A DNA stretch of 64,000 nt from a virus, in the IMG/VR virus record IMGVR_UViG_3300010259_000001, positions 2,040-66,039 of that record, one strand, 5' to 3'. The position numbers and the translations under genes are program-made. The stretch's first letter is position 1. Each line of letters opens with the position of its first letter. Under the pieces are notes generated by a model that was given only the letters and a program-made list of their open reading frames with translations, searched no databases and was not told the DNA's origin. Positions 1 through 9,700 of the stretch are shown here, piece by piece.

Positions 1-1
1 C

Positions 2-1066
2 GATGGGGTTCTGCTTCGAAATAATCTGAATTTCGGGGTGCTTGGAGAAGTCGATGCACTGTATTTCCTCCAGCAGGTTCTTACCTGCAAGCAGGAGAGC
101 AGTCTTAGGAACGTCCTCACCAGTGAAGAACAACTTGGCAAGGGCAATCAACTTCTCGATAGTCCACTTGCCAGTGTGCTGCAACTCGCGCTTGAACTGC
201 CAGCGGATGCCCTCGGTGAAGTACACGAACTGCTGTCCGAGTTTAGGAACGTTCACGGTCAACTTACCTTTCTGACCTGCCCAAAGGGTGCGGTTTCCTG
301 CACGCTTGAAGTTCAGAATGGCTTGCTCGGCAATCATTGCCTGTGTGAAGTGGAGGTGCTTCTTCTGTGCCTCGAAGTAGTCCGACACGATTTGGTTCAT
401 GCCGCGCTTCTGCAGGTACACAATAGAGGGCTGCGGAATGATGAGGTCGGGGTCAACCTCTTTCTGCGTCTCATACAGGGCATTGCCAAGAAGTTTAATC
501 TTGGTGCCAGTAGGGATTGCAGGAGTGCTGCACTGTGCCGAAGCATTTGCTTTCGGACCATTGACAGCGCGGCAAACAGGATTGCCAGTCGCAGTGTCAC
601 GACCTGTAACAAAGAGCATAAGGTCTTTGCCTGGTGTTGTGGTGCTGCCGTCTGCTTCGTAACCATTCACGCCACACACAAGCAGTGTGTGATAGTCGCG
701 AGGGATTTGCTGGTCGTTGCTCTCCAAGGGGAGAATGAACGAGTTTCCGTTTCCTGCGGTAACGGCTGCGTTCACAGTCAGCGTTGCACGCTGCTCGTCA
801 ATCATGTAATGCTCGACTTCGGGCGATGCGACCTTTACTTTCTTCGCTTTCAACATGAGCGACATCAGGGCGGTGTCCTCACTTTGGAAACGGAACAACT
901 GTTCGTCGATGTCTGTCTCAACGAGGTTTCCGGGTGCGATGCCACCGCTTGCGTCTGCAAGGCCGCTCACGGTGGAACTCTGACCGGGTACTTGCGTCTG
1001 CAAGCCGGCACTTCCGGGTGTGGTGGGGATTGCTCCTCCAGCACTTACGTTTACATTTTCTGCCAT
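2..1066 (-). CDS. major capsid protein candidate (3' end cut by window edge)
   Basis: Absent from the ORF track because there is no stop inside the window. ATG at 1066-1064. I scanned the register and found no in-frame tta/cta/tca down to nt 2 (355 codons: MAENVNVSAGGAIPTTPGSAGLQTQVPGQ...GNLVETDIDEQLFRFQSEDTALMSLMLKAKKVKV...). It is the last gene in the portal-terL-scaffold-capsid order. The 385-aa + ORF 38..1195 is its antisense shadow. Confidence 0.5.
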   Translation of the reverse strand, partial: MAENVNVSAGGAIPTTPGSAGLQTQVPGQSSTVSGLADASGGIAPGNLVETDIDEQLFRFQSEDTALMSLMLKAKKVKVASPEVEHYMIDEQRATLTVNAAVTAGNGNSFILPLESNDQQIPRDYHTLLVCGVNGYEADGSTTTPGKDLMLFVTGRDTATGNPVCRAVNGPKANASAQCSTPAIPTGTKIKLLGNALYETQKEVDPDLIIPQPSIVYLQKRGMNQIVSDYFEAQKKHLHFTQAMIAEQAILNFKRAGNRTLWAGQKGKLTVNVPKLGQQFVYFTEGIRWQFKRELQHTGKWTIEKLIALAKLFFTGEDVPKTALLLAGKNLLEEIQCIDFSKHPEIQIISKQNPI

Positions 1067-1113
1067 TGCTTAAAAATTTTTAGAGGGTTGAAAAAATTTA
1101 ATAACTTAGAAAC

Positions 1114-1281
1114 TTACTTAGTATCTCGCTCTACGAACTTGCCGCGTCCGATACCTCCAGTTGCTGCTGACACGTTGCTGACTGTTGTTGCTTGACCAGC
1201 CAACTGCGTCTTCAAACCTGCACTACCTTTCGTCGGTTGTATCGGCGTGGCATCTACCACCTGTACGTTCTCCTTTATCAT
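1114..1281 (-). CDS. small hypothetical protein (55 aa, below ORF-track cutoff)
   Basis: ATG at 1281-1279 overlaps the scaffold stop (ATGA). Hand translation: MIKENVQVVDATPIQPTKGSAGLKTQLAGQATTVSNVSAATGGIGRGKFVERDTK, TAA at 1116-1114. It fills the scaffold-capsid gap. Confidence 0.3.
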   Translation of the reverse strand: MIKENVQVVDATPIQPTKGSAGLKTQLAGQATTVSNVSAATGGIGRGKFVERDTK

Positions 1282-2033
1282 CGGGCTTCGTCTGCAAGGT
1301 CAAACATACTTTGCTTCGTGTTCTTGCGAGTAGGAGCGTTGTTGCTTCCTGCAAGGTTAGGAGTACCGTCACCTGTAGTAGGCTTGCGCAACTTCTCGTC
1401 AATCTTGGCGTTCCTACCTGCCACCGTTCCCTCGGTGCGTGCGTTCTGTACGTCTGCATCGTGGTTCACGGCTTTCAGTGCCATGTCTATGTCTTCCTCC
1501 GTGAATGTGCCACGGATAGCAGCATCGGCAACGTGATGAAGATAGTCCCAAGCGGCATCTATCATATCGTCGCTAATGCCACGCTCTTGCTTCATTCGCT
1601 CCAGCATCGGGAGGGTGACTTCTTTCATGTTCTTCTCATACTCCTCCTCCAACGACTTCTCTTTGGCAAGACGCTCAACATACTTCTTGTTGGCTTCTGC
1701 ATACGCTTCCTGCTTGCTGGGGTCGTTCATGAGGTCGGTAATGCCGTCGATGCCAAGACGCTCTATCACGGCAAGCCAAGGGTCGTTACCCTTTGCCATG
1801 TCTGCAATGAACTGTGCAGCACGGTTGTCTTTCGACAGGAGGTCGGTCAGACGGCTCTCACGCTCTTTGTACTGACCAAGTTCGTTGTCGTACTGGTCGT
1901 AATCATCGTTGATTTGACCGAACAATGCCTCATCGTCCGCATAGTCGCGGTCGGGATATTTCTTTTTTAGTCGCTCGCCGAAGAGGTCTCTTTTACTCTT
2001 GGCAGGTGCGGTCGGGGTCTGATTTTCAGCCAT
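1278..2033 (-). CDS. scaffolding protein candidate
   Basis: 251 aa, strongly charged and helical-looking (EKSLEEEYEKNMKE...). Located immediately upstream of the capsid candidate and downstream of terL. ATG start verified. Confidence 0.5.
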   Translation of the reverse strand: MAENQTPTAPAKSKRDLFGERLKKKYPDRDYADDEALFGQINDDYDQYDNELGQYKERESRLTDLLSKDNRAAQFIADMAKGNDPWLAVIERLGIDGITDLMNDPSKQEAYAEANKKYVERLAKEKSLEEEYEKNMKEVTLPMLERMKQERGISDDMIDAAWDYLHHVADAAIRGTFTEEDIDMALKAVNHDADVQNARTEGTVAGRNAKIDEKLRKPTTGDGTPNLAGSNNAPTRKNTKQSMFDLADEAR

Positions 2034-2197
2034 GATGTTATTTTTTATATGATTTTACCTAATTTTCTTCGGCAAATTTACAAACATAGTCTCGCTGTTT
2101 TTTGTTATCTTTTGTGTCAGTATCTCGGAATTTATTTGTACCTTTATACCGCTATATCAGTGCTTTATAAACTAAAACTGTACGATAATGGGTTAAG

Positions 2198-2677
2198 ATG
2201 AAGTATCATGGTTGTATCTTAGAGTTCACAGATGAACGAAATGACGAACTGATGAGAGCGTTCCGTGAAGCAATCAACAAACGGACGTTCATAGACATCA
2301 CGGAAATATCGGAAGAAGTGGTGAACATGCCTTGCTCTCGCTTTTGGGTTTCTGAGGAGAGGGCTATGGTGGTGGTCGCTGCGCTTATCAAGGGAAAGCC
2401 TGTACTCGATGCTATGCGACCGACCAAACGAGAAATGTTCCAAGAGATATACAACCGCGTGCTGGCTCTGCAAAAACAATTTCCAAAAGCATCAATGTTT
2501 GAACTGGTGCTGAAAGCCGTCAACTCACCGGCACCAAAGTTCTACATGACACCTCGCAGTGCTATGGAAACAATATACAAGATAAAGAAAGGGTTCTATG
2601 AAAAACAGGAACGACGTTATAGCAGTGCTAACCTATTGTCGCTGCAGACACAGGAACTTGGACAAGACCTGCATTGA
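2198..2677 (+). CDS. hypothetical protein, oppositely oriented inside head module
   Basis: 159-aa ORF with a verified ATG, preceded by a 160-bp AT-rich gap. Its 3' end overlaps the terL 3' end convergently by 50 nt. I recognise no motif. Confidence 0.5.
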   Translation: MKYHGCILEFTDERNDELMRAFREAINKRTFIDITEISEEVVNMPCSRFWVSEERAMVVVAALIKGKPVLDAMRPTKREMFQEIYNRVLALQKQFPKASMFELVLKAVNSPAPKFYMTPRSAMETIYKIKKGFYEKQERRYSSANLLSLQTQELGQDLH

Positions 2678-4730
2678 TATTGTTTATTTTCTTCACTATA
2701 CGAGGTAATTCCATTTCATGATAACATACTTGCATACCTATTGCGCGTGTCATTAGGCGGTCGTCGTGATAACCCTCCATAGCCTCAAACACATTGTTTT
2801 CAGTCTCAACGTATGTAAGATATTCGTCAAGGCACGCTTCTTCTCTCTCGATATACAAGCGTTCCCTTATCACAACTTTCAAATTATAAATCACTACTTT
2901 CTTCGTCAATGGGTTGGTGTGGTAGCCGTACTTCTTGGGCAGTCCTTGCCTAATGTCTTCTGCGCTCTGCTTGCGTGCATATAGTTGTCTGCCGTAAACC
3001 TCATGTATGAGCGTCAAGATATACTCTGCCTCGCCCTTGGTGTTGTTGGTTTCAAGTGTGTTGCTTTCTATCACCAGCAGGGCATTGTTATAATAGGCGG
3101 CTACCTGCGTGGCTTTCCATGCCAGTTTATCCATGTCGATGTGTCCGTGCCATTCTGCGGCGACAACAGGAGGCTCGCCGTCCATCATAAACAGGCGGTC
3201 TATTACAAGTATGTCTGCAAAGTCGGCATTCTTGGTGTGTCCCTTGCATACGTCAACTACTACTAAATATCTGTCTGTTACTTCTTCGGTGTCGCTTCTC
3301 TCTACATCATGCCACATGAACAGCCGTCCGTCTGCCTCTTTCTTGAAGCGAAGTCCCTCAATGGCTTTCTCTCCCTCATCGGCACTTCCGTATATCTCAC
3401 CTATCCAGCGAGGTGCGCGACAAGCAGGTCTGAACTGCTCCACGTCCTCACTGCTGAAAACCTTGCGTCCCGAATAGGTAAATGCCTCGATGTCGTCAGA
3501 TGGGTACTCCGATGCCATGTCGCCATGATTGGTGTACTTGCTACGCTCGGACACATACCAGTGGATGGCTTCAAGCGTTGCACCTTTCTCCCACAACCGC
3601 CAAAGGTATGTACCTGGTTCTTCACGGTCTGACTTGATTTCTTCATTCCGTCTGTTGGCAAATAGTTTCTTGGCAAACTCGTACTTATCCGCTTCATCCT
3701 CGAATGGCAGTTCATACTGTTCAATCTCAAACCATGCAACAAACATCGCCTCAAATTGCGATAGTCCTTTCTTCGCTGCCAAGTATTCTTTGTGGAAGAA
3801 GTTGCCAACGCCGTTTGGCGTTGACTCATACACTATCATGGTGTATGGACGTAGAAGAATACCAGAGCAAGCACTTCGCACAATGTCCTCCGGCTTCTTT
3901 CCGTCTGTCTCTTTCCACAAGGCAACCTCCGAAAGGTGAACAAGGTTATAGTCACCACCACGGCAGGAGTTCGGGCGTTCGGCAGTACCGATTTTGATTT
4001 TGCAGTTTCGTTGTGGTACTCTGAATATGTTGCCCGACTTGCCGACACCAACCATCTTCGGCTCGTTTGGTGCATAAGCATCACCAAGTTCATGCAGCAT
4101 TTCAACCGGGTACGACTTTATCATGCGGTCGAACATGTCCTTGATTTCGTCGGAACCAGTACCTTGATGGGCAATGATGAGAGAGTTGAGACCAACTTCA
4201 TGAACAAGTTGGAGCCATGCCATGTATATCTGAATAGCGGTTGAGCCTCCCCACTGTCTTGCTTTCAGCAGTATCAGTCGGATGGGCTTTCCTGCCTTGC
4301 GCATTTTCTCCAGCCGCTTTATCAACTTACGCTGCGGTCTGTTCAATCTGAAAAGAACGTCTGTTCCTCCACCCTTGCGCTTGATGTAGGCAAACATTGC
4401 TGCCCAAAATGGGTAGTCATGCTTTTGCCTTATCCTTATGAACTCCTCTACAACCTTGTCGCGTGCCTCATCGGTGACAGGCAACATCAGAGCATCGCGA
4501 ATGAAAGCATCAACACTACCAGCCTTTGACAAGGACTTGACAAATGGCTCATCCATCATTTCCACTGGCAGGTACTGCGTGGGGATAGGATAATCAGAAA
4601 CGGTAAAGGCAACACGCTGTCCGATGCTGCCCTCACCAGTTATAGGATTGAACGGCGCAAATACTATTGCGCGTCTGCGCTCGTTCTCCTGTAGTATCTT
4701 ACTGATAGTAATGTCGATAGTTTCTTTCAC
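2628..4730 (-). CDS. terL: terminase large subunit
   Basis: 700 aa. ATPase motif RLILLKARQWGGSTAIQIY. C-terminal RNaseH-like nuclease acidic motifs YLVVVDVCKG...DFADILVIDR and EGYHDDRLMTRAIG. The only in-frame start after the upstream stop is GTG at 4730, 10 nt after the portal stop. TAG stop. Confidence 0.85.
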   Translation of the reverse strand: MKETIDITISKILQENERRRAIVFAPFNPITGEGSIGQRVAFTVSDYPIPTQYLPVEMMDEPFVKSLSKAGSVDAFIRDALMLPVTDEARDKVVEEFIRIRQKHDYPFWAAMFAYIKRKGGGTDVLFRLNRPQRKLIKRLEKMRKAGKPIRLILLKARQWGGSTAIQIYMAWLQLVHEVGLNSLIIAHQGTGSDEIKDMFDRMIKSYPVEMLHELGDAYAPNEPKMVGVGKSGNIFRVPQRNCKIKIGTAERPNSCRGGDYNLVHLSEVALWKETDGKKPEDIVRSACSGILLRPYTMIVYESTPNGVGNFFHKEYLAAKKGLSQFEAMFVAWFEIEQYELPFEDEADKYEFAKKLFANRRNEEIKSDREEPGTYLWRLWEKGATLEAIHWYVSERSKYTNHGDMASEYPSDDIEAFTYSGRKVFSSEDVEQFRPACRAPRWIGEIYGSADEGEKAIEGLRFKKEADGRLFMWHDVERSDTEEVTDRYLVVVDVCKGHTKNADFADILVIDRLFMMDGEPPVVAAEWHGHIDMDKLAWKATQVAAYYNNALLVIESNTLETNNTKGEAEYILTLIHEVYGRQLYARKQSAEDIRQGLPKKYGYHTNPLTKKVVIYNLKVVIRERLYIEREEACLDEYLTYVETENNVFEAMEGYHDDRLMTRAIGMQVCYHEMELPRIVKKINNINAGLVQVPVSAATIG

Positions 4731-4742
4731 AAAACAGAATTA

Positions 4743-6716
4743 TTATGCTACCATACCCATAGTCCTTTGTAACAACTTCATTGTTTCGGGGTTCGCGCCT
4801 TGCTGTATCTGTTGCATAAGTTCGGGCGACAAGCCTTCCGGCACCTGTCCCTGCTCCAACTGCTCCTTTTGGCTCTTGATGTTCTGAAGCAATGCGTCGG
4901 CAAATGGGAAATTACCTGCTTGCAGCATCTGTTCAAGACTGATAGCCTGTTTCTCAAACAACTGCATGAGGAAATCATTTGCCATTGCTCGATATGCAGG
5001 TGTTGCTTGGCTCGGTACTACGCTGATGTCCATTTCTACATCGCGTATCTTCATCGGGTCGTAAACCACTTGCATACCTGCACGACCAGCAATGTTGAAT
5101 GTCCGCTTTTGGTCGTAATACTGCTGAATGTTCTTCACGTCCTTATATGCAGCGTCACGCACAAACTCTTGGAAACTGTCAAGCAAGTCAAGCAATGAAG
5201 TGGTTGCGTTCTGTGTCTGCTGGTTGTAGAGTGCTGCACTCATGCCAGCGTACCCAGGCTTACCTTGCAATGCACCGTTGACACCGCTGATGTCCTCAAA
5301 GAACTTCAGCATCAAGTTCAACATTTCATGTATGCCGATGTTTGTAGAGTTGTTAGATACCTGCGTCGGCACTGCGCCTGTCTTGCTTGGCGTATAGACA
5401 ACAACACCGTTGAACCTTGCCCATGTGTCTGCAAATTCTTCGGGCGACATGCCTTTAGGTATACACTCGTCAGGAATAAGCAACACTCCCTTTGCACTGG
5501 CTCTGATAACCCAGTCGTTAAGTGTGATAAGGCGGTTGGTGTAACGCTGCTGGTCTATCACGTCAGAGACAAATGAATGTATCTCACCGTCGATGAATGG
5601 GTATGCCTTGAACACGTAAGGATGGCTCTTGTGTTCGTAAGGCGTTTCACCCTCTGCCAAGATGTCACCAAGCGGACTGAGGAAGTAGTAGTACCAGTAA
5701 CTATCCATGAACCACTCGGCTTTGATAAACGGTATTTCATTGTATGGAATACCATTGCGCTGTGCCTGTTCCATGCGCTTCATGTTCTCGGCTTGTACCA
5801 TCGTGCTGTAATCCTCAATGTCTATCTTGAAGATGTCACCATTGTTGTAGTCATGGCAGCGGTATCTCGGTTTGCTCTCCTTGCGCCACACCTCAATGAC
5901 ACGGCATCGGCTTTCGTCTCGCGGTGTGAGGAAATCGGTGTTTATCCAGTCACGGCTATAGCCAAACTCCTCCCATGCGTGTATGCTTGCGCCTTTGTCT
6001 CGCGCCTGTCGGTAGATTTCTGCCAAACGCGCATAATCGTCGGGCGACTTGGCAAACTGCTCGCATACCTGCCCGAAACTGACATCGTGTATCTCACCAA
6101 CAAAAGAACAGTCCCATGCACGGAAGTCGCGCATATTGTTGTCGATGAAGAAATTGTTTGGCTGCACATAGTCAGTCCAGCACTCCATCTTGTCATTGCG
6201 CCAGCCGTACCACTTACGATGTGCCACCATGCCGCTAATCAGATACTCCTCCATACTTCGGGCATAGAGTTCCGTCATGCGGTTCAACTGCATGTTGTAT
6301 TGCAGCACGGTACTCATTGTTTCTGCCTGTTGCTGCTCGTCGCGGTCGCGTGCCGTGCAAGTAGGTTCGGTGGATTGGCTGCGGTACACACCAATCACGT
6401 TACGCACAAGCCTACGGATGAGGTTGGTCTTCAATGGTATATTCCCCTGCGAGAGGATATACTGCTCCTCTGTCATCTTCTTGCCGTCCACACATACCAC
6501 GTCGCCCCACTGGTCGCCGTAGTTGTAACGCTTGTTACGCTCCCTGTCCTTGCGGAAGCGGTACATTGCATTGTAGTAGTTCTGCGCCTCGATAAGTATC
6601 TCCTGCGCACGCGCACGGTCACCATGACACTGCAACCGGCTACGCTTTACGCTGTCGGCTTCATCGTTCTCATTTGGAACGAGTACCTTGCTAAGCCTAT
6701 GTAGTACGATTTCCAT
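4743..6716 (-). CDS. portal protein candidate
   Basis: 657 aa, directly upstream of terL. N-terminal RNKRYNYGDQWGD resembles the Y-x-G-x-QW motif common in portals. Size is typical. Confidence 0.65.
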   Translation of the reverse strand: MEIVLHRLSKVLVPNENDEADSVKRSRLQCHGDRARAQEILIEAQNYYNAMYRFRKDRERNKRYNYGDQWGDVVCVDGKKMTEEQYILSQGNIPLKTNLIRRLVRNVIGVYRSQSTEPTCTARDRDEQQQAETMSTVLQYNMQLNRMTELYARSMEEYLISGMVAHRKWYGWRNDKMECWTDYVQPNNFFIDNNMRDFRAWDCSFVGEIHDVSFGQVCEQFAKSPDDYARLAEIYRQARDKGASIHAWEEFGYSRDWINTDFLTPRDESRCRVIEVWRKESKPRYRCHDYNNGDIFKIDIEDYSTMVQAENMKRMEQAQRNGIPYNEIPFIKAEWFMDSYWYYYFLSPLGDILAEGETPYEHKSHPYVFKAYPFIDGEIHSFVSDVIDQQRYTNRLITLNDWVIRASAKGVLLIPDECIPKGMSPEEFADTWARFNGVVVYTPSKTGAVPTQVSNNSTNIGIHEMLNLMLKFFEDISGVNGALQGKPGYAGMSAALYNQQTQNATTSLLDLLDSFQEFVRDAAYKDVKNIQQYYDQKRTFNIAGRAGMQVVYDPMKIRDVEMDISVVPSQATPAYRAMANDFLMQLFEKQAISLEQMLQAGNFPFADALLQNIKSQKEQLEQGQVPEGLSPELMQQIQQGANPETMKLLQRTMGMVA

Positions 6717-6773
6717 ATCTGTTACTTTTGTTATGTGTCGGCAAAGTTAAACCCTGCCGACACTTTTTCTCTG

Positions 6774-9700
6774 TTATCTATTGGGTTGCTGCATTGGGAT
6801 ATACTTCTGTGTGAAGCCCTGCATCACTGTACCAAGACTATTCATTGCGTCGGCGCGTGTAGAAGCATCGGGGGCTTCAAGCACTTTCACCATAGCCGAT
6901 TTATAGTCAAGGACTGCCTGTCTGCACAATGCAGCTTCATCGGGTGTCTTGGCTCCAAGATAGAACTTCACTATCTTATTGAAATTGCCATCCATCTGCT
7001 TGAACATCTGATAAGTTGCAAAGGCGTTGGGGTCGCTCTGTGCTTCTGCCATCAGTTGTGCTGCCTCCACATAATCGGTCTTCGCCATTTTCTTGGCTTC
7101 TTTCACCTTGGCATCAACACCCTTATACACTTCCTCGTATTGCAGGTAGGCTTCGTTCACTTTGTCATCGCCCATCTGCTCGGTGCGTTCTTTGATGGTC
7201 TTGTTTGCCTTGTCGGTAAACTTCTTGATGCGCTCCTCGTCACCCCATGACCAAGGAGAGAAGAAACGACCACGCTTCACCTTGAACTGGGCATAACGCT
7301 CTGCAAGTTGTGCAGGGGTGTACTTGCTCACTTCGTCACCGCTCAAACCAACCTCGTCGAAATACATCTTGTCGATTTGGCTCTGCGGTACTTGCAAGAT
7401 GCGAGAAATACAGATGATTGCCTCGTGTGCCAGTGTTGGGTCGTCACCACAAGCGTCCATGATAGACAGGGCTACGTCGGTAATGCTCTGTGGGTTCACA
7501 CCGAGACCTGCTTGAACAATGAGGTTAATCATGTCATTCAGTGCCTCTGTGTGCTGACCATTGCCCAATTTTTGGAACGCTGCCATGATGTCGCTTGTCA
7601 GCGGCATGTCCTTACTCAGATAGGCAGGGTTACCCTCACCAGTAAGCATCATCTGTCCTGCTTGGCTCATAAGGTCGCCACCTGTCAGACCCTCGACACT
7701 GCCAAATGTGGTATGCGCCCAAACATCATCCCACATCTTCTGCTTCTCGTCTTCATCATCGCCGAACAGCAGGTATGGCAGATATGCACCCAAGTTCCAT
7801 GCAAGCTGCATAATGTAGCCGAATGTGGCAACGCGCAGGGTATCTTTCAGCAACTGCCGTCTGAACTTGCGCTTGGCAACCTGCTCCTCACGTTGCCAAT
7901 CAGCGTCTGACCAATTACCGTCTGTTTGTGGCTCAATACCCTTGTCACGCAACAGCTGCTTTGTCATAAACTCGATGCTTCCTGCTCGCCCTCCCGGTGT
8001 GAGATTGTGCTTGAAGTTACGGAGTGCATCATGCAACTGTCGCTGATAAGACATAGAGGCATTGCGGAACACTGTGAACAACACGGACAACCAAGACCTA
8101 TCAACCTGCATCGTCGAGGTAAATGCACCCTCGCTTGACTGCTGGGTCTGATTGTAAAGCACCTCTGCATCCTGCACGGCTTTCTTCTCTGCGTCGGCTT
8201 CGCTGTAACCATCACGCAGGTATTGGGCAAGGCGTGTCTGATACATCGAATGTGCGCCGATGCTGACAGTAAGAGCATCGACAAAAGCATTAGGAGACAT
8301 ACCTGCACGGCTTGCAAGTTGCATGAGGCGTGTGCGCCACATCTTCCAGTCCATATCTGATTTCAACAGGCGTGGGTCGCCACTCATACGGCTACGCCAA
8401 CGCTCGCTGAAGATTGGCAGATGCTCCATGCTCCACTTCCATGCTCCAGCAGGGTTGGCAATGTTCCTCAACAAGTAGTCGGTTCTTGCTTCGGGTATGT
8501 ATGCCGGCATGGAAAGGAACTGCTTTAAGGCTGTAAACATTCTGAACGACACCTTTGCTGCCGTTACACCCTTGGCGAAGTTCACTGCGGCTTCATCCAA
8601 CTTGGTACGCGGCGGTCTGTAGGTTCCTGCTGCCATTTGGCAAACGTCGTTAAATTTCTTCCACAACTCTTTACCACTGCCGTAGATGGTAGTCATGTTC
8701 TGAACTTGGTTACGGAAACGCTTGTAGGTGCGCAGCGTGTTGATGTCGCGGTTAAACTCTGCAAAGGCGTTCCAGTGTTCCATCTGTGCCACATGGTCAA
8801 GTATCACGCTCAATGCGTCTGCACCTGTAATGTCAAGGGCAAGGGCATTGCGTCTGCGCTTGATAATGCTGCCAGTAGCGGTGCTGATGCCGTCACTCTT
8901 GTCGGGATTGTCAAGGTCTTCGGGCTTATCGGCACGGGCATTGGCAAGTATCTTCAATGGGAAGTAATGCTCAATAGCGGCCATGGAAGCACCGAACATT
9001 CGCTTGTGCGTCTCGTTGTACTCGTTGCGCGTCTGCACAAGGAACTCGTCTTGCAGCCAGTCGGCAAGTTCTATCAATCGTGGGTCAAGCACTTCTTCGA
9101 TGTCTGCCACATTCTCCTCGGTGATACCCATCTTGCGCAACTTCATACGTCCGTCAAGCATCTTGTTCACAATGTAGATATACATGAGGTTGCCTTGCGT
9201 CAGTTCGCGCTCCTGCATTTCACCACCGTTCCAAAACGACACTGTGCCTTTTGGCAGTTTGCCGACACTACGGATAAGGTCGCCCCACGTCTTCACCTTG
9301 CCACCGAACAACTCTGCTGCTTTGGCATCAAGGATGGCGTATTTGTCGCGCACACCGTTTATTTCTTGCTGACGTGCATCAATCCAGCCTCTCATGAAGC
9401 GGTTATACAGGTAGCCCTCGCCGTTGGCACTCTTGCCTCCGAACATTCTCAACATCTGGTCAAAGGTGGCGAGAGGAGCAAACAGGAACGATACAAATGA
9501 GTTGTTGACGAACTTGTCAGCAAATGTCGGCTTATAATGTTCGTCGCTCGGTCTGCCCTCCATGTCGCTGTTGGCATTGTGCTGTATCTCGCGGATGCGC
9601 TGTTTCTCGGCTTCCTTGAAGTCCTTGGCGTTGGCAATGCTCTCGCGGAGGCTGTCAGACAACCTGCCTACAAGGTCGAAGTAACTCTGCGCTCTCTCAA

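Noticed and set aside
38-1195. 385-aa + strand ORF at the left edge
   Set aside because: It is entirely antisense to the open minus-strand capsid frame. Its Cys/Leu/His/Val-rich composition is typical of a shadow ORF, and it does not fit the operon.
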